A program made the position numbers and the translations under genes. A DNA stretch of 64,000 nt from Macrostomum lignano (Eukaryota), in contig NIVC01000001.1 in assembly GCA_002269645.1 (NCBI GenBank), forward strand, positions 186,001 to 250,000, written 5' to 3'. Numbering within the stretch: position 1 is the stretch's first letter; every line of letters begins with the position of its first letter. The notes under the pieces are model-generated. The model saw only the letters and a program-made list of their open reading frames with translations. It made no database searches and was not told the origin of the DNA. This document shows, piece by piece, positions 62,715 through 64,000 of this stretch.

Positions 62715-64000
62715 GCCTCTCCGCTCCCTACTGAGCCCGCCTCTCCTCTCCCTACTGAACCTGCCTCTCCGCTCCCTACTGAATCCGCTTCTCCTCTCCC
62801 TACTGAGCCCGCCTCTCCGCTCCCTACTGAGCCCGCCTCTCCGCTCCCTACTGAATCAGCCTCTCCGCTCCCTACTGAGCCTGCCTCTCCTCTCCCTACT
62901 GAGCCTGCCTCTCCGCTCCCTACTGAGCCCGCCTCTCCTCTCCCTACTGAACCTGCCTCTCCGCTCCCTACTGAGCCCGCCTCTCCGCTCCCTACTGAAT
63001 CAGCCTCTCCGCTCCCTACTGAGCCTGCCTCTCCTCTCCCTACTGAGCCTGCCTCTCCGCTCCCTACTGAGCCCGCCTCTCCTCTCCCTACTGAACCTGC
63101 CTCTCCGCTCCCTACTGAGCCCGCCTCTCCGCTCCCTACTGAACCTGCCTCTCCGCTCCCTACTGAGCCCGCCTCTCCTCTCCCTACTGAACCTGCCTCT
63201 CCGCTCCCTACTGAGCCCGCCTCTCCGCTCCCTACTGAGCCTGCCTCTCCGCTCCCTACTGAGCCCGCCTCTCCTCTCCCTACTGAACCTGCCTCTCCGC
63301 TCCCTACTGAGCCCGCCTCTCCGCTCCCTACTGAATCAGCCTCTCCGCTCCCTACTGAGCCTGCCTCTCCTCTCCCTACTGAGCCTGCCTCTCCGCTCCC
63401 TACTGAGCCCGCCTCTCCTCTCCCTACTGAACCTGCCTCTCCGCTCCCTACTGAGCCCGCCTCTCCGCTCCCTACTGAACCTGCCTCTCCGCTCCCTACT
63501 GAGCCCGCTTCTCCTCTCCCTACTGAACCTGCCTCTCCGCTCCCTACTGAGCCCGCCTCTCCGCTCCCTACTGAACCTGCCTCTCCGCTCCCTACTGAGC
63601 CCGCCTCTCCGCTCCCTACTGAACCCGCCTCTCCGCTCCCTACTGAGCCCGCCTCTCCGCTCCCTACTGAGCCTGCATCCGCTCCCTACTGAACCTGCCT
63701 CTCCGCTCCCTACTGAGCCCGCCTCTCCGCTCCCTACTGAACCTGCCTCTCCGCTCCCTACTGAGCCCGCCTCTCCGCTCCCTACTGAACCCGCCTCTCC
63801 GCTCCCTACTGAGCCCGCCTCTCCGCTCCCTACTGAGCCCGCCTCTCCGCTCCCTACTGAGCCTGCATCCGCTCCCTACTGAGCCCGCCTCTCCGCTCCC
63901 TACTGAGCCTGCCTCTCCGCTCCCTACTGAGCCCGCCTCTCCGCTCCCTACTGAGCCCGCCTCTCCGCTCCCTACTGAGCCCGCCTCTCCGCTCCCTACT
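62715..64000. repeat. 24-bp minisatellite in ACSS2 intron 5
   Basis: Unit CCTCTCCGCTCCCTACTGAGCCCG; continues to the window end. Confidence 0.97.

Overview
This is intron-containing animal genomic DNA, not prokaryotic; no rRNA, tRNA gene or CRISPR array was found. GC-rich codons and introns packed with private minisatellites suggest a flatworm such as Macrostomum (inference, not verified). Seven host genes can be spliced by eye: a GH1 beta-glucosidase/lactase-like gene (-, runs off the left edge), a group-I PAK kinase (-), a second GH1 paralogue (+, inverted relative to the first), then a co-oriented run of SNAP-25, TMEM229, CCT2 and ACSS2-like acetyl-CoA synthetase (+, the last runs off the right edge). 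Intergenic DNA is a stack of nested mobile elements, many with readable target-site duplications (TSDs): a P/THAP element inside a Tc1 end, a non-coding LTR element inside a hAT, an RTE retroelement inside a foldback element, MULE-like foldback MITEs, and Harbinger, CRE and LOA-like remnants. The most interesting signals are: (1) SNAP-25 has a duplicated 49-bp exon pair that must be mutually exclusive and is not the exon duplicated in vertebrates, plus a probable second first exon and a stop-free in-frame GC-AG intron; (2) most introns of PAK, SNAP-25, CCT2 and ACSS2 carry their own splice-site-hugging minisatellite whose strand skew follows transcription; (3) the SNAP-25 to ACSS2 run looks like a possible trans-spliced operon. 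Most long entries in the ORF track are artefacts of tandem repeats or antisense frames.
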